In this document: piece after piece, positions 1 to 8,347 of the stretch
How the letters are laid out: the number at the start of each line of letters is the position of its first letter
Numbering within the stretch: position 1 is the stretch's first letter
IMG/VR virus record: IMGVR_UViG_3300032579_000531
Coordinates: 14,033-78,032 of that record
DNA length: 64,000 nt
From: a virus
Reading direction: 5' to 3' (one strand)
The notes under the pieces: generated by a model
What the model was told of the DNA's origin: nothing
Database searches by the model: none
What the model saw: only the letters and a program-made list of their open reading frames with translations
Program-made: the position numbers and the translations under genes

Positions 1-549
1 TTTCATAAAGTCTTTTTCTTTACTACTTTCCGTATGATCATAAAACTCACTTTCACCAGTCTCGTCATCTGCTAACTGTGCAAAGGTCCAAATAAGTTCA
101 TCTAGCATCCAGCTATAGCGAGCTTCGGCATAGTTGTCCCAATCGTACGAGTTTTTAATACCTTTACGAGCACCGGGGGCGGTACTGCGTAATTCTTTTG
201 GCACGTCTTTGTTGTCAATCCAGCCGTAACCGTGCTTCTGCGTTTTAAGTTTTTGTAACATGGGATGAATAACAAGTGCTAAGGTATGGTCCATGCCCCA
301 AACATCATAGTTGTCGATTTTAACATACATACGACGCTTTTTATGTTCTTGTATCCAGTTACAAAATTTGCATAGCCAACTATCATTGCCATCTCGGTCG
401 TTGGCCAACCAAGTTCCAAAGTCATGAACCCAGACTGGTTTGTCCATATGACCATTTTCATCGGGCACTTTTTTAACCCAAAAGCATAGTAAGTCTGCTA
501 TTTGATAGGGACCTATCCAAGAGGTATACGGACCAAGATATACTTTCAT
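1..549 (-). CDS. conserved phage hypothetical protein (runs off left edge)
   Basis: Not in ORF track. ATG at 549 with AAGGA RBS; MKVYLGPYTSWIGPYQIADLLCFW...; frame open to position 1. Confidence 0.8.
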   Translation of the reverse strand, partial: MKVYLGPYTSWIGPYQIADLLCFWVKKVPDENGHMDKPVWVHDFGTWLANDRDGNDSWLCKFCNWIQEHKKRRMYVKIDNYDVWGMDHTLALVIHPMLQKLKTQKHGYGWIDNKDVPKELRSTAPGARKGIKNSYDWDNYAEARYSWMLDELIWTFAQLADDETGESEFYDHTESSKEKDFMK

Positions 550-573
550 TTGTGATTCCTTAGTTGAGCTACA

Positions 574-602
574 ATTATACTGTTATTTGAATTAAAGGTC
601 AA
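574..602 (-). promoter_or_regulatory. sigma70-type early promoter
   Basis: TTGACC(602-597)-17 bp-TATAAT(579-574). Confidence 0.7.
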
Positions 603-960
603 TAAATCTTTTTTGGGAAACTAGCCAGCCGATGCTATTTATGTCCGATTCAATTTCTTCAGTAACATAGCTTTCTTCTACGAAGCCAGTGAAATCGGTA
701 CCGGAGAATCCAGTACCAGAACAATACCAATCTATGTAACTTTCATCTTCGCGGATATCAGATATCAGTCTGGCCGCATAACTCCACGAACAATCCCAGT
801 TGATATTTGACAATATTCCCCAGACATCTTTTGGTTGATATTGATTGTTACATAATGCGGCATATAAATTTTGAGCGTAGATTTCTTCATGACGAACTTT
901 ATCAATGATCCGGTTCGTACCACGTAAATCGCGTTCTAAATTAAACACTTTTCTTGGCAT
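592..960 (-). CDS. hypothetical protein, paralog of 3332-3742
   Basis: Shared YAQNxYAALCN..W.CSW...Y.DWYCSG motifs; TAAATA 6 nt upstream of ATG. Confidence 0.8.
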   Translation of the reverse strand: MPRKVFNLERDLRGTNRIIDKVRHEEIYAQNLYAALCNNQYQPKDVWGILSNINWDCSWSYAARLISDIREDESYIDWYCSGTGFSGTDFTGFVEESYVTEEIESDINSIGWLVSQKRFIDL

Positions 961-983
961 ATAAAGTATTTAACTTGGCCAAG

Positions 984-1011
984 AAAAAAGCCCGCCTAAG
1001 CGAGCTTTTTT
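984..1011. terminator. intrinsic terminator (A/T tracts on both sides)
   Basis: aaaaaagcccgc-ctaa-gcgagctttttt. Confidence 0.75.
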
Positions 1012-1028
1012 GTGCTACTTAAACTTAA

Positions 1029-1322
1029 TTAAGCAACTAAGCCCATTGAGATAGCTTTGTATGCAACAGCAACCATCTTACGACTTGCTTCACCATGACG
1101 GTATTCAGTAACTTTAACGCCGTTACCTGCAACACGTTGGTTACCGTAAATAGCGTAGCCACGAGCGCGGATATCACTAATTGTTGCGGTAGGGTTCTTG
1201 ATACCAAAACGATGTGTAATTTGAGCTGGGCTCAAGGTTTCACGGTTTAATACCAATGCTTCAAACAAACGACCTTGTTTGGTCTTCAAATCAAATTTCT
1301 TTAGTTTTACAGTAATAGACAT
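1029..1322 (-). CDS. winged helix-turn-helix DNA-binding protein
   Basis: LSPAQITHRFGIKNPTATISDIRARGYAI HTH pattern; GGAG RBS. Confidence 0.7.
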   Translation of the reverse strand: MSITVKLKKFDLKTKQGRLFEALVLNRETLSPAQITHRFGIKNPTATISDIRARGYAIYGNQRVAGNGVKVTEYRHGEASRKMVAVAYKAISMGLVA

Positions 1323-1455
1323 GATGTCTCCTTTAAATTTAAAAGCTGTTTAGTAACAGCATGATGCTAGTATAGCAAACTTGTTGAGTTAAATGCAACT
1401 ACTAATTTAACCAAAACCAGATAAATAATAGTATTAAACCATAAAGGAAATCAAA

Positions 1456-1671
1456 ATGGCATACGCAATTTATAAAGCTGGTGTTCCAGCAGTAGTAGGT
1501 ACAAAAACTTTCGTAACAGGACAAGTTGCTAGTCCGGTTACAGCCACTTCTGTGACTACAGGTGTAGGTACAGTATCACCAGTAACAGGTACAGCAGTTA
1601 AACGTGGTCAAAATAGTGACAACGGTACAATCGTTTCTGTTGCAAAAGCTAAAAATACACCACAGAGTTAA
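1456..1671 (+). CDS. small V/T/A/K-rich late protein
   Basis: TAAATA at ~1422, AAGGA RBS; low complexity. Confidence 0.7.
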   Translation: MAYAIYKAGVPAVVGTKTFVTGQVASPVTATSVTTGVGTVSPVTGTAVKRGQNSDNGTIVSVAKAKNTPQS

Positions 1672-1673
1672 TT

Positions 1674-1985
1674 ATGACTACTACAGTTAAAGTAACTACA
1701 GTTCCAGTTCCAGTAGCATCGGTTGCAAAGGTCAAGGTTGCAAGCCCTGTAGTTACAACTACAGCTGCCGCCATGACCAAGGTAGCTAATCCTGTTGTAG
1801 CTAAGGTAGTTGGCGTAGCAGTTGTAGCGCCTATTACTCCTGCAGCACCTGCGGCAGTTAAAAATACTGCATCAGTAGCAGGTAGTGATACCGCACAACC
1901 TGCGGCTATCGGTAAAAAAGCAAAAACAACAACTACATCGCCTGTTGTAGGCAGTCAAACAAACGGTCACGCTAGTTATCTATGA
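1674..1985 (+). CDS. small V/T/A/P-rich protein
   Basis: Tightly packed operon; SPVV repeats. Confidence 0.65.
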   Translation: MTTTVKVTTVPVPVASVAKVKVASPVVTTTAAAMTKVANPVVAKVVGVAVVAPITPAAPAAVKNTASVAGSDTAQPAAIGKKAKTTTTSPVVGSQTNGHASYL

Positions 1986-2320
1986 CATACCCTGGACAAG
2001 GAACACCTAGCCCCGTTATTGGCCAAGCTAACCATGTTCCTAGTCCTGTAGCACCTGTGGTAGCTCCATCGAATCATCAACCTCAATATACACCGCCGCC
2101 TGTAGTAATTACTGCGGTATATACAGCGCCGGCACCAACTAGACAAGAAGTTGGTCAACGAGTTAAAAACCCCAATCCTTATAACAATCAAGTGCCTATT
2201 GTTGCACAAGGTATACACACGCCACTGAATACTCCGTTAGGAGTTTATCCTGCAAAAGAAACTTCTACACAAGAATGGACTTGGGATTATGGCAACGGTG
2301 GCGGCCAGGGCAACTACTAG
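1982..2320 (+). CDS. small Pro-rich protein
   Basis: ATGA overlap with previous ORF; SPV repeats. Confidence 0.65.
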   Translation: MTYPGQGTPSPVIGQANHVPSPVAPVVAPSNHQPQYTPPPVVITAVYTAPAPTRQEVGQRVKNPNPYNNQVPIVAQGIHTPLNTPLGVYPAKETSTQEWTWDYGNGGGQGNY

Positions 2321-2928
2321 GTAGATTTAATACCACGTCCTAAGATAGTGCCATATACAGGTTGTTCTTCTGTATACAATACTTCAAACCCATTTGCTAA
2401 TAAAAATGGAATTACACTTCCCGATTTACCTGAGTAATGTCCCCACCATTTGTTAAACCAAGTATCATCGCATACTACTAAACAATGTTCGGCCATGTGC
2501 GGCAATGCCAAGATCATCTGCGATAAGTGGGCGCTTTGGCTGTTTACGTTATTCATTTCCAGGCCCAGTGTTTGATACCGAGCTTGTTGTTCTAGAATAA
2601 AGTCGGGAGTCTTATCCGGATGCCAATCCCAATCAAAATTATCTAAATAAAGAAAATTAATTGGGCGCATCGAATAAATTCTATGATAAAGATAATCTTC
2701 ACCACTTTGATTTAATATAGTACAGTTTGGAATGTGCAAATTTTGCACAAACTCACAATTGGCTGGATCCATGTCAATGGTAATCAATTTAGTACCTAAC
2801 TGACTGGCCCATTCGGCTAAAGTTTTAGTACTACCATCATCGCCATTACGGCTAGTACCTATCTCAACAAATTCTCCCAAACTTAATTGATCTAGGTACT
2901 GTTCTGCTGTCCTAAAGACTTGACCCAT
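2317..2928 (-). CDS. class I SAM-dependent methyltransferase-like protein
   Basis: FVEIGTSR, LITIDMD, FLYLDNFD, VVCDDT Rossmann-like motifs. Confidence 0.6.
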   Translation of the reverse strand: MGQVFRTAEQYLDQLSLGEFVEIGTSRNGDDGSTKTLAEWASQLGTKLITIDMDPANCEFVQNLHIPNCTILNQSGEDYLYHRIYSMRPINFLYLDNFDWDWHPDKTPDFILEQQARYQTLGLEMNNVNSQSAHLSQMILALPHMAEHCLVVCDDTWFNKWWGHYSGKSGSVIPFLLANGFEVLYTEEQPVYGTILGRGIKST

Positions 2929-3089
2929 TACTCTTTATCGCGTTTACGATTCAGACTTTGACGAGCATTAGCGGCTTCTGCTTCGGCATAGCCTTTGATA
3001 AAGCTACGACGTTGTGCTTTATCTGTCATTGTTGCGGCTACTCGTTTTACTGATTTGCTTACTTTTACTGCACGTGGATCGTATGACAT
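2928..3089 (-). CDS. small basic hypothetical protein (53 aa)
   Basis: MSYDPRAVKVSKSVKRVAATM...RKRDKE; fills the gap, AAGGA RBS, TAATG coupling. Confidence 0.7.
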   Translation of the reverse strand: MSYDPRAVKVSKSVKRVAATMTDKAQRRSFIKGYAEAEAANARQSLNRKRDKE

Positions 3090-3090
3090 T

Positions 3091-3327
3091 TCATTTTCCT
3101 TTAAGTTCGTTTAATACAAGTTCTTTACTGCGCTGAATATCTTCTTGTTCTAATGCCAGGGCCATTCTTGAGCCTAGCACATTAATAATATCAAGTATAG
3201 CACGTTCGCCGGATTCAGTCAAATGGCAGTAGTCCGCCCCAATACTTGAGTGATAGTAGTAATTACGATCTCGTAGGATTTCTTTAATACTACCAACTAT
3301 CATTTTTTCAACATCTTTAGTTTTCAT
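3091..3327 (-). CDS. hypothetical protein
   Basis: Start moved to MKTKDVEKM to avoid overlap. Confidence 0.7.
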   Translation of the reverse strand: MKTKDVEKMIVGSIKEILRDRNYYYHSSIGADYCHLTESGERAILDIINVLGSRMALALEQEDIQRSKELVLNELKGK

Positions 3328-3331
3328 TCGA

Positions 3332-3742
3332 TCAATCCTTGTCTTTAGGCCACTCACTCGGAGTCCAACCCAGAGTCGCAAAATCTTCACGTATTTCATC
3401 TGTTACTGTTCCTTCCGGTACGTGTTTTTTTTCATTGAACTTTGATTCGGCTACTGCGGGATCTTCTGTAAAGTCGAAGCCACCACCAATGCCACTACAG
3501 TACCAATCCATATAATCTTCATTAACATCTTCGAATCCATTGCGGAAGTCCGCTACTATTCCGCCCGCGGCACGCCAGCTACACGACCAATATTCGTCTT
3601 TAAGTACAGGCCAGATGTCAGCAGGTTGCCAACGCATATTACACAGGGCGGCATATACATTTTGGGCATAGTCCTTGCGGGTCCTTATTTTTTCTAAGAA
3701 CCACGCACATTGCTCAAGATCGGTTACTAAATCTCTATCCAA
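3332..3742 (-). CDS. hypothetical protein, paralog of 592-960
   Basis: YAQNVYAALCN..WSCSWRAAGGIVAD..YMDWYCSG. Confidence 0.8.
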   Translation of the reverse strand: MDRDLVTDLEQCAWFLEKIRTRKDYAQNVYAALCNMRWQPADIWPVLKDEYWSCSWRAAGGIVADFRNGFEDVNEDYMDWYCSGIGGGFDFTEDPAVAESKFNEKKHVPEGTVTDEIREDFATLGWTPSEWPKDKD

Positions 3743-4037
3743 GAACGCGAATCTCTCTTACATTAGCTACCTTAAAGGCACGCCATTGAGAACGGTCCAA
3801 ACACCACACACTCAGAGTTTCTGGCTTGTATAGTCGTGTAGTTTGAAATTCTTCTGTAACTACACGTTGTGGCATTGCTTCAGTACGCAAGGTACAAGGC
3901 ATTGTGCGTAAGGTACCATCTACTTTAGTGAATGTAACTTCACAATCGTGTTCGTTGAGTAGATGCCTAAGTTCGCGGTTGCGAGCATCCAAGTCTAGGC
4001 CTTCTACAGTCTCGGTATATCTAATTCCAAATGTCAT
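3735..4037 (-). CDS. SH3/Sm-like (WYL_2/DUF2693-type) phage protein
   Basis: VTFTKVDGTLRTMPCTL...WRAFKVANV pattern. Confidence 0.7.
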   Translation of the reverse strand: MTFGIRYTETVEGLDLDARNRELRHLLNEHDCEVTFTKVDGTLRTMPCTLRTEAMPQRVVTEEFQTTRLYKPETLSVWCLDRSQWRAFKVANVREIRVLG

Positions 4038-4207
4038 TTTGTTTCCTTGCGTTTTAATGTCCACGTACCATCTTTGTTATCAATCCACTCAATGATAGCA
4101 CCTTCTTCCCAGCCCAGCTCTTTACAGGCCTCTCCGATGTCAAGAAGCATTTCTCCTGGATGGTCTGGATCTTCTACTATAGTAGTAATCCAACTATATC
4201 TTGTCAT
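4034..4207 (-). CDS. AbrB/MazE-like small protein (57 aa)
   Basis: Not in ORF track; MTRYSWITTIVEDPDHPGEMLLDIGEACKELGWEEGAIIEWIDNKDGTWTLKR; ATGA overlaps at both ends. Confidence 0.65.
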   Translation of the reverse strand: MTRYSWITTIVEDPDHPGEMLLDIGEACKELGWEEGAIIEWIDNKDGTWTLKRKETK

Positions 4208-4467
4208 TCTTCAACTCCAAAATGTTCTTCAAACTGTCTCACAACATCTGGTGCCACAGCGTCAGCAACCCAGTTATTAGATACAATTCTTGATGGATGT
4301 TCCTTACAAATGGTCATACATTCTCTCACAATCAACTCGGCGAACTTGGCTAAGTTTCCATCATATGTCATATTTTCAATATACAATCTAGGACTATCAT
4401 CCCAATGTACTAATTGAATGCCTGCATCTTTAACAAGTTTTTTAAACAATTCACTATCTGGATTCAT
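4204..4467 (-). CDS. 'KFAELIVREC/HFGVEE' family protein
   Basis: KFAELIVREC and HFGVEE motifs. Confidence 0.8.
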   Translation of the reverse strand: MNPDSELFKKLVKDAGIQLVHWDDSPRLYIENMTYDGNLAKFAELIVRECMTICKEHPSRIVSNNWVADAVAPDVVRQFEEHFGVEE

Positions 4468-4708
4468 TCTTCAACTCATCTATAGGTGGATAATCAATAT
4501 AATCACCAAACTCCGAACTATACAATACTGCATCAGTTCCTAATATCTGAACTTCTAAATCGTGGTGTGTAATATCATAATCAACAAAGGTAAAGTCCTC
4601 ATTATACACACGGAAGAAATAGAAGGTGCCGCCATTCATGTCAACGCCGTGCATGATAAATCCTTTTACACCATTGGCAGGTTTAACACTTCTTATCTTC
4701 TCGTTCAT
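4454..4708 (-). CDS. hypothetical protein inserted in the paralog array
   Basis: Starts MNEKIR but body is unrelated; junction motif on both sides. Confidence 0.75.
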   Translation of the reverse strand: MNEKIRSVKPANGVKGFIMHGVDMNGGTFYFFRVYNEDFTFVDYDITHHDLEVQILGTDAVLYSSEFGDYIDYPPIDELKNESR

Positions 4709-4965
4709 TCTTCAACTCCGAAATGTTGTTTAATTACTAAAACCGATTCATTCATACCAGCGATAGCACCTTGCTCGTAAGAGTAAACACCTTCGTCCGC
4801 AATTTTCTTTGTGAGGCTATTATTGTTGTATGTTTCAATAGTGGTTACACATTCCCGAACAATCAACTCGGCGAATCGTAGTCTTAAAAATTCATCTGGA
4901 TTGCATCCACAATCACATTCTTGTAGATTAACTTGTTGCCAAAGTTGTTCAAACCGATTGTTCAT
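4705..4965 (-). CDS. 'KFAELIVREC/HFGVEE' family protein
   Basis: MNNRFEQLW...RFAELIVREC...IKQHFGVEE. Confidence 0.8.
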   Translation of the reverse strand: MNNRFEQLWQQVNLQECDCGCNPDEFLRLRFAELIVRECVTTIETYNNNSLTKKIADEGVYSYEQGAIAGMNESVLVIKQHFGVEE

Positions 4966-5197
4966 TATTGCACCCCATATGATCTTTAACATAATCACTT
5001 ACCCTATTAGCGTGGCTTCTAATTTCTTTATCATTAAGCGATTGTAAGTTATAGTTAAATGTTAGTGCGAGTTTAGCACATTCTTTAATAATCAACTCGG
5101 CGAACTTTTCTAATTCGTTGTATGACATATTGCCGTCACTTAGATTAGCCTCTGTAATGCCAACCTGTTCACTAAGTTCTCTAATCTTCTCGTTCAT
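4949..5197 (-). CDS. 'KFAELIVREC/HFGVEE' family protein (degenerate C-terminus)
   Basis: MNEKIREL...EKFAELIIKEC...KDHMG. Confidence 0.75.
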   Translation of the reverse strand: MNEKIRELSEQVGITEANLSDGNMSYNELEKFAELIIKECAKLALTFNYNLQSLNDKEIRSHANRVSDYVKDHMGCNNEQSV

Positions 5198-5428
5198 TTA
5201 TAGACCTTGTGATTTTCTATAGTCTTCGAATTTATAATATTCAGATAAGCTATTAAATGAAATGCTGTCCGTTTCGCTATTTTTATATTGTATTACAGCA
5301 TTAAATTTAGTCTTAGCATATTGATCAAAATCATCACTTGATTTTAGTAGAATTTTATCAAACCTTGCTGCCTTCTTAAATGCTTTGGCGTTGCGACTAT
5401 ATTTTGTGAAATTTACAGTTACAGTCAT
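5198..5428 (-). CDS. hypothetical protein inserted in the paralog array
   Basis: Unrelated, AT-rich ORF between two family members. Confidence 0.7.
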   Translation of the reverse strand: MTVTVNFTKYSRNAKAFKKAARFDKILLKSSDDFDQYAKTKFNAVIQYKNSETDSISFNSLSEYYKFEDYRKSQGL

Positions 5429-5658
5429 TCTTCAATTCCGAAGTATTCTTTAACACTTTCATTACAATGCGTAATAGCATCATTCCATCCAAGATAAAAA
5501 TCTCTATGCGTACTGTTAACAGCATATGATTTATTTTGTCGTATAAATTCCCGCACAATTAACTCGGCGAACTTTTCAGCAAATACCGGATCATAATAAT
5601 GAATCGAATCTCCATTATTTTGAGCCTGTAGAGCAAGTTGTTTAATCCGTTCGTTCAT
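5425..5658 (-). CDS. 'KFAELIVREC/HFGVEE' family protein
   Basis: MNERIKQL...EKFAELIVREF...KEYFGIEE. Confidence 0.8.
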   Translation of the reverse strand: MNERIKQLALQAQNNGDSIHYYDPVFAEKFAELIVREFIRQNKSYAVNSTHRDFYLGWNDAITHCNESVKEYFGIEE

Positions 5659-5888
5659 TATTTTGCCTTCTGATATTGTCGTTTAATTTGTTCTACAGCA
5701 TGTTTAACTGAGGCATTATAACCATTTTCCCAATCTTGATACCCACTCTCCGGCTCGGCAATTTTCTGACTTTTGATAATCTTGCAGATATCTCTAGCAA
5801 TCAACTCAGCTAACAAGTTAGCACGACCTGCAAGTTCTGGTGCCGCAAATCCTGCTTCTAGCATTAGTTCTTTTATTCTATCGTTCAT
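5658..5888 (-). CDS. 'KFAELIVREC/HFGVEE' family protein
   Basis: MNDRIKELMLEAG...LAELIARDIC. Confidence 0.8.
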   Translation of the reverse strand: MNDRIKELMLEAGFAAPELAGRANLLAELIARDICKIIKSQKIAEPESGYQDWENGYNASVKHAVEQIKRQYQKAK

Positions 5889-6127
5889 TCTTCAACTCCG
5901 AAATGTTGTTTAATTTGATCTGCAGAAAAGTATGCGCCTTGGCCGAATTCTGGAGCGATGTCGTTATTACAGTCCCCTACTTGAACCGCAACACCTGCAC
6001 ATTCCCGAACAATCAACTCGGCGAACTTTTCTCTTAACGGTTCAGGAAGCATAATAGTGGCATACTGATGTTGTTTTGAGAACTCTTCTATAGAATCGTC
6101 CCAAAGTTGTTTAATCCGCTCGTTCAT
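5885..6127 (-). CDS. 'KFAELIVREC/HFGVEE' family protein
   Basis: MNERIKQLW...EKFAELIVREC...IKQHFGVEE. Confidence 0.8.
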   Translation of the reverse strand: MNERIKQLWDDSIEEFSKQHQYATIMLPEPLREKFAELIVRECAGVAVQVGDCNNDIAPEFGQGAYFSADQIKQHFGVEE

Positions 6128-7425
6128 AACTTCTCTCCCGGTTCAAATCCGCGGAATCCTTTGAAACGTGGGAATCGTAAACTGTAAGTACCGTCTTGAT
6201 TTTGTGTTACAGCATCGGCACGGACTTCAACAATGTTACCGACAAGGTTATCCCTAGCGGCCCAATAAGTAATGCGATTATCATCTGTAAGTCCTGATCC
6301 GACATTGGTCCTAATAAGTTTACCATCATCTGTTCCTTCTACAATTAATGCACCTAGTCGGCCTTCATTCTTACCTGTGCCTTCTTCGGTGCCCACTACT
6401 GTTAAACTAACTTCAATGTAGGGCTTTTGTTTTAACCATGCCACTGAACGTTTAGTTTCGTATGGTGCGTCGGGATCTTTAATCATAATTCCTTCGTAAC
6501 CGCCTGCGATTGCTTGTGCATTAATTTCCTTGAACTTGGCCTGGTGCTCGGGGTTTTCTAAGTCTAATAACACTTGCCCAACAATATCTACGTTAGGCAT
6601 ATGATCGGCTAAAGGGGTAAACCACTGCTTTAACCAAGTACTACGTTCAATTTGTGTACGTGAGCTTAGTCCTGCTTGAAAATCTTTAAGTGTAAGGATG
6701 TCAAACAAGTTAAGCACAGCATCGTTGCTTTCAACATCGCTCTTACGATGCACTTGTTTCATTAGGTCCTGGAACGAACTTGACATTACTTCGCCATCTA
6801 AGACCATTGGCTCTTGAAAGAAGATAGCGTGTTTGCTAATTTGTTTTGCAATATGCGGAAAGTTTACTAGCTCTTTACCGTTCCGGCTAAACATACTGAC
6901 AGCGCCAGAAGGATACACGATAGTAATAACACGAACTCCGTCCAACTTAACTTCCACCAACTTTTTGCCTGAGACTTTGCTTTCATGGTTAGCACCATCA
7001 TGCGCTAATTGACAAGAAAATACAGGAACAGCATATTTCTTATCTGCATGTTTATTGACTGTAGTATCGCTAGTTCCGCAACGCATATCCTTAATAAGAA
7101 TACGACGGTACCATTGATTCCACTCCTGTTCTGTTGCGTTCATACGCAAATAGTTAATCGCGGTAAGTGCGGCAATGCCTGTCACTTGACGTGAGCTAAG
7201 GGAGTCGGCCGTTTTCCAAAATGCATCAGATGTAATACCCTTACCGTCGCCTGACTTTTCTTCTACCTTCTTTACACCAAAGGTAACCATAGCATCATAC
7301 GCCGCACGGAATCCACGAAACAATTCGTCGTTGCCTGCAATGCTCTCACGTTTGATAATAGCTTCTTTGGCCAACCGACTAGCATCTGCTTCTAGCTCTG
7401 CAACAACTTCCCAGGGTTTCAACAT
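6124..7425 (-). CDS. lig: ATP-dependent DNA ligase
   Basis: KLDGVR motif I, LDGE, FDIL, YEGIMIK, WLKQK, C-terminal OB fold SLRFPRF. Confidence 0.95.
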   Translation of the reverse strand: MLKPWEVVAELEADASRLAKEAIIKRESIAGNDELFRGFRAAYDAMVTFGVKKVEEKSGDGKGITSDAFWKTADSLSSRQVTGIAALTAINYLRMNATEQEWNQWYRRILIKDMRCGTSDTTVNKHADKKYAVPVFSCQLAHDGANHESKVSGKKLVEVKLDGVRVITIVYPSGAVSMFSRNGKELVNFPHIAKQISKHAIFFQEPMVLDGEVMSSSFQDLMKQVHRKSDVESNDAVLNLFDILTLKDFQAGLSSRTQIERSTWLKQWFTPLADHMPNVDIVGQVLLDLENPEHQAKFKEINAQAIAGGYEGIMIKDPDAPYETKRSVAWLKQKPYIEVSLTVVGTEEGTGKNEGRLGALIVEGTDDGKLIRTNVGSGLTDDNRITYWAARDNLVGNIVEVRADAVTQNQDGTYSLRFPRFKGFRGFEPGEKL

Positions 7426-7640
7426 TAAGCTACCTCTTTCTCACGGAATGATAAAATTATATCACGTACACGCTCCCGGTCTACGCTGTCGCCTTCAAAT
7501 TCTGTTTGACCAAAATCTTCTTCCATACGGACTTTGTATAACTGGGTTGCAAGGATAACCTGCTTAGAAGTAAAACCGTAATCGTAAATGCCGTTAGGAC
7601 CATAAAAATCTAACATATATTTGGTAAAATTTAAGTTCAT
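7425..7640 (-). CDS. small hypothetical early protein
   Basis: GGAG RBS, directly downstream of an early promoter. Confidence 0.7.
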   Translation of the reverse strand: MNLNFTKYMLDFYGPNGIYDYGFTSKQVILATQLYKVRMEEDFGQTEFEGDSVDRERVRDIILSFREKEVA

Positions 7641-7659
7641 TTACGGCTCCTGTTTATTT

Positions 7660-7700
7660 ACTATACAACTATTATACATTAAATGGATTTAATGGACAAC
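7660..7700 (-). promoter_or_regulatory. repeated early promoter element
   Basis: TTGTCC-17-TATAAT followed by TTGTATAGT. Confidence 0.75.
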
Positions 7701-7704
7701 CACT

Positions 7705-7899
7705 TTAAAAGTGGAAATCCCTTACCCAATCAAACCGTGTAGTAGCAGGAACCCAACGTCTTTGTTGTCTTTTGTGCTCAGGAAGATGTAGATCGAACTC
7801 AACAAGAACCCAGTCTCGTTGTTGCGAAAAAGCAACAGTTTCTTGGGTGCGTACAACACGAACAAAACGATCGTTAAAACGAGCAACTGTTATTGTCAT
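7705..7899 (-). CDS. small hypothetical early protein
   Basis: GGGGG RBS; own promoter. Confidence 0.65.
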   Translation of the reverse strand: MTITVARFNDRFVRVVRTQETVAFSQQRDWVLVEFDLHLPEHKRQQRRWVPATTRFDWVRDFHF

Positions 7900-7917
7900 A
7901 CACCCCCCTTGTTATTC

Positions 7918-7960
7918 ACTATACAACTATTATAACATTTTGGGAATTAATGGTCTACCA
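7918..7960 (-). promoter_or_regulatory. repeated early promoter element
   Basis: TAGACC-ATTAATTCCCAAAATGT-TATAAT-AGTTGTATAGT. Confidence 0.75.
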
Positions 7961-8347
7961 GTCCTGTTCTGCTTGCTCGGTGGTATTCTTTAGTTCATTC
8001 CACATATACTTCTGTTCGCATTCTTTGTAATAAGAATCGCGAGCTTCCCGTGCATCCGATGAACACCACCACTGGACTGCTTCGTAACTACCTTGACATT
8101 CACGTGGAGCACACTCGCGAATCCACATAGCCAAGCCCCAATAGGTTTGTTTGTTGGCAGAGTCTGCATTGTATAAGGCACGTTCAAAATCGTAGGCAAA
8201 CATAGCTTCTAAGTGTCCACCTGGTGGCAAGCCGTCGAACAAAAAACGATTTAATGCTTCTGTAGTCTGCTCAGAGAAGCGCATACCCATATACCTAAGG
8301 TTTTCGTATACCTCTGTTTCAAAATCGAGTTTCATACGTTCAGTCAT
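7955..8347 (-). CDS. hypothetical protein
   Basis: Coupled ORF; GLPPGGHLEAM...APRECQGSYEAV. Confidence 0.75.
   Translation of the reverse strand: MTERMKLDFETEVYENLRYMGMRFSEQTTEALNRFLFDGLPPGGHLEAMFAYDFERALYNADSANKQTYWGLAMWIRECAPRECQGSYEAVQWWCSSDAREARDSYYKECEQKYMWNELKNTTEQAEQDW

Larger units (their letters stand above)
4204..6127. repeat. dispersed short direct repeats of the paralog array
   Basis: 35 nt identical at 4701-4735 and 5881-5915; 28 nt identical at 4848-4875 and 5998-6025; shorter variants near 4204, 4330, 4463, 5090, 5425, 5556, 5800 and 8344. Confidence 0.9.

Noticed and set aside
4204-6127. CRISPR array or DGR
   Set aside because: The repeats are coding, irregularly spaced and of several types. 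No cas gene or reverse transcriptase is present, and there is no adenine-specific template/variable pair.
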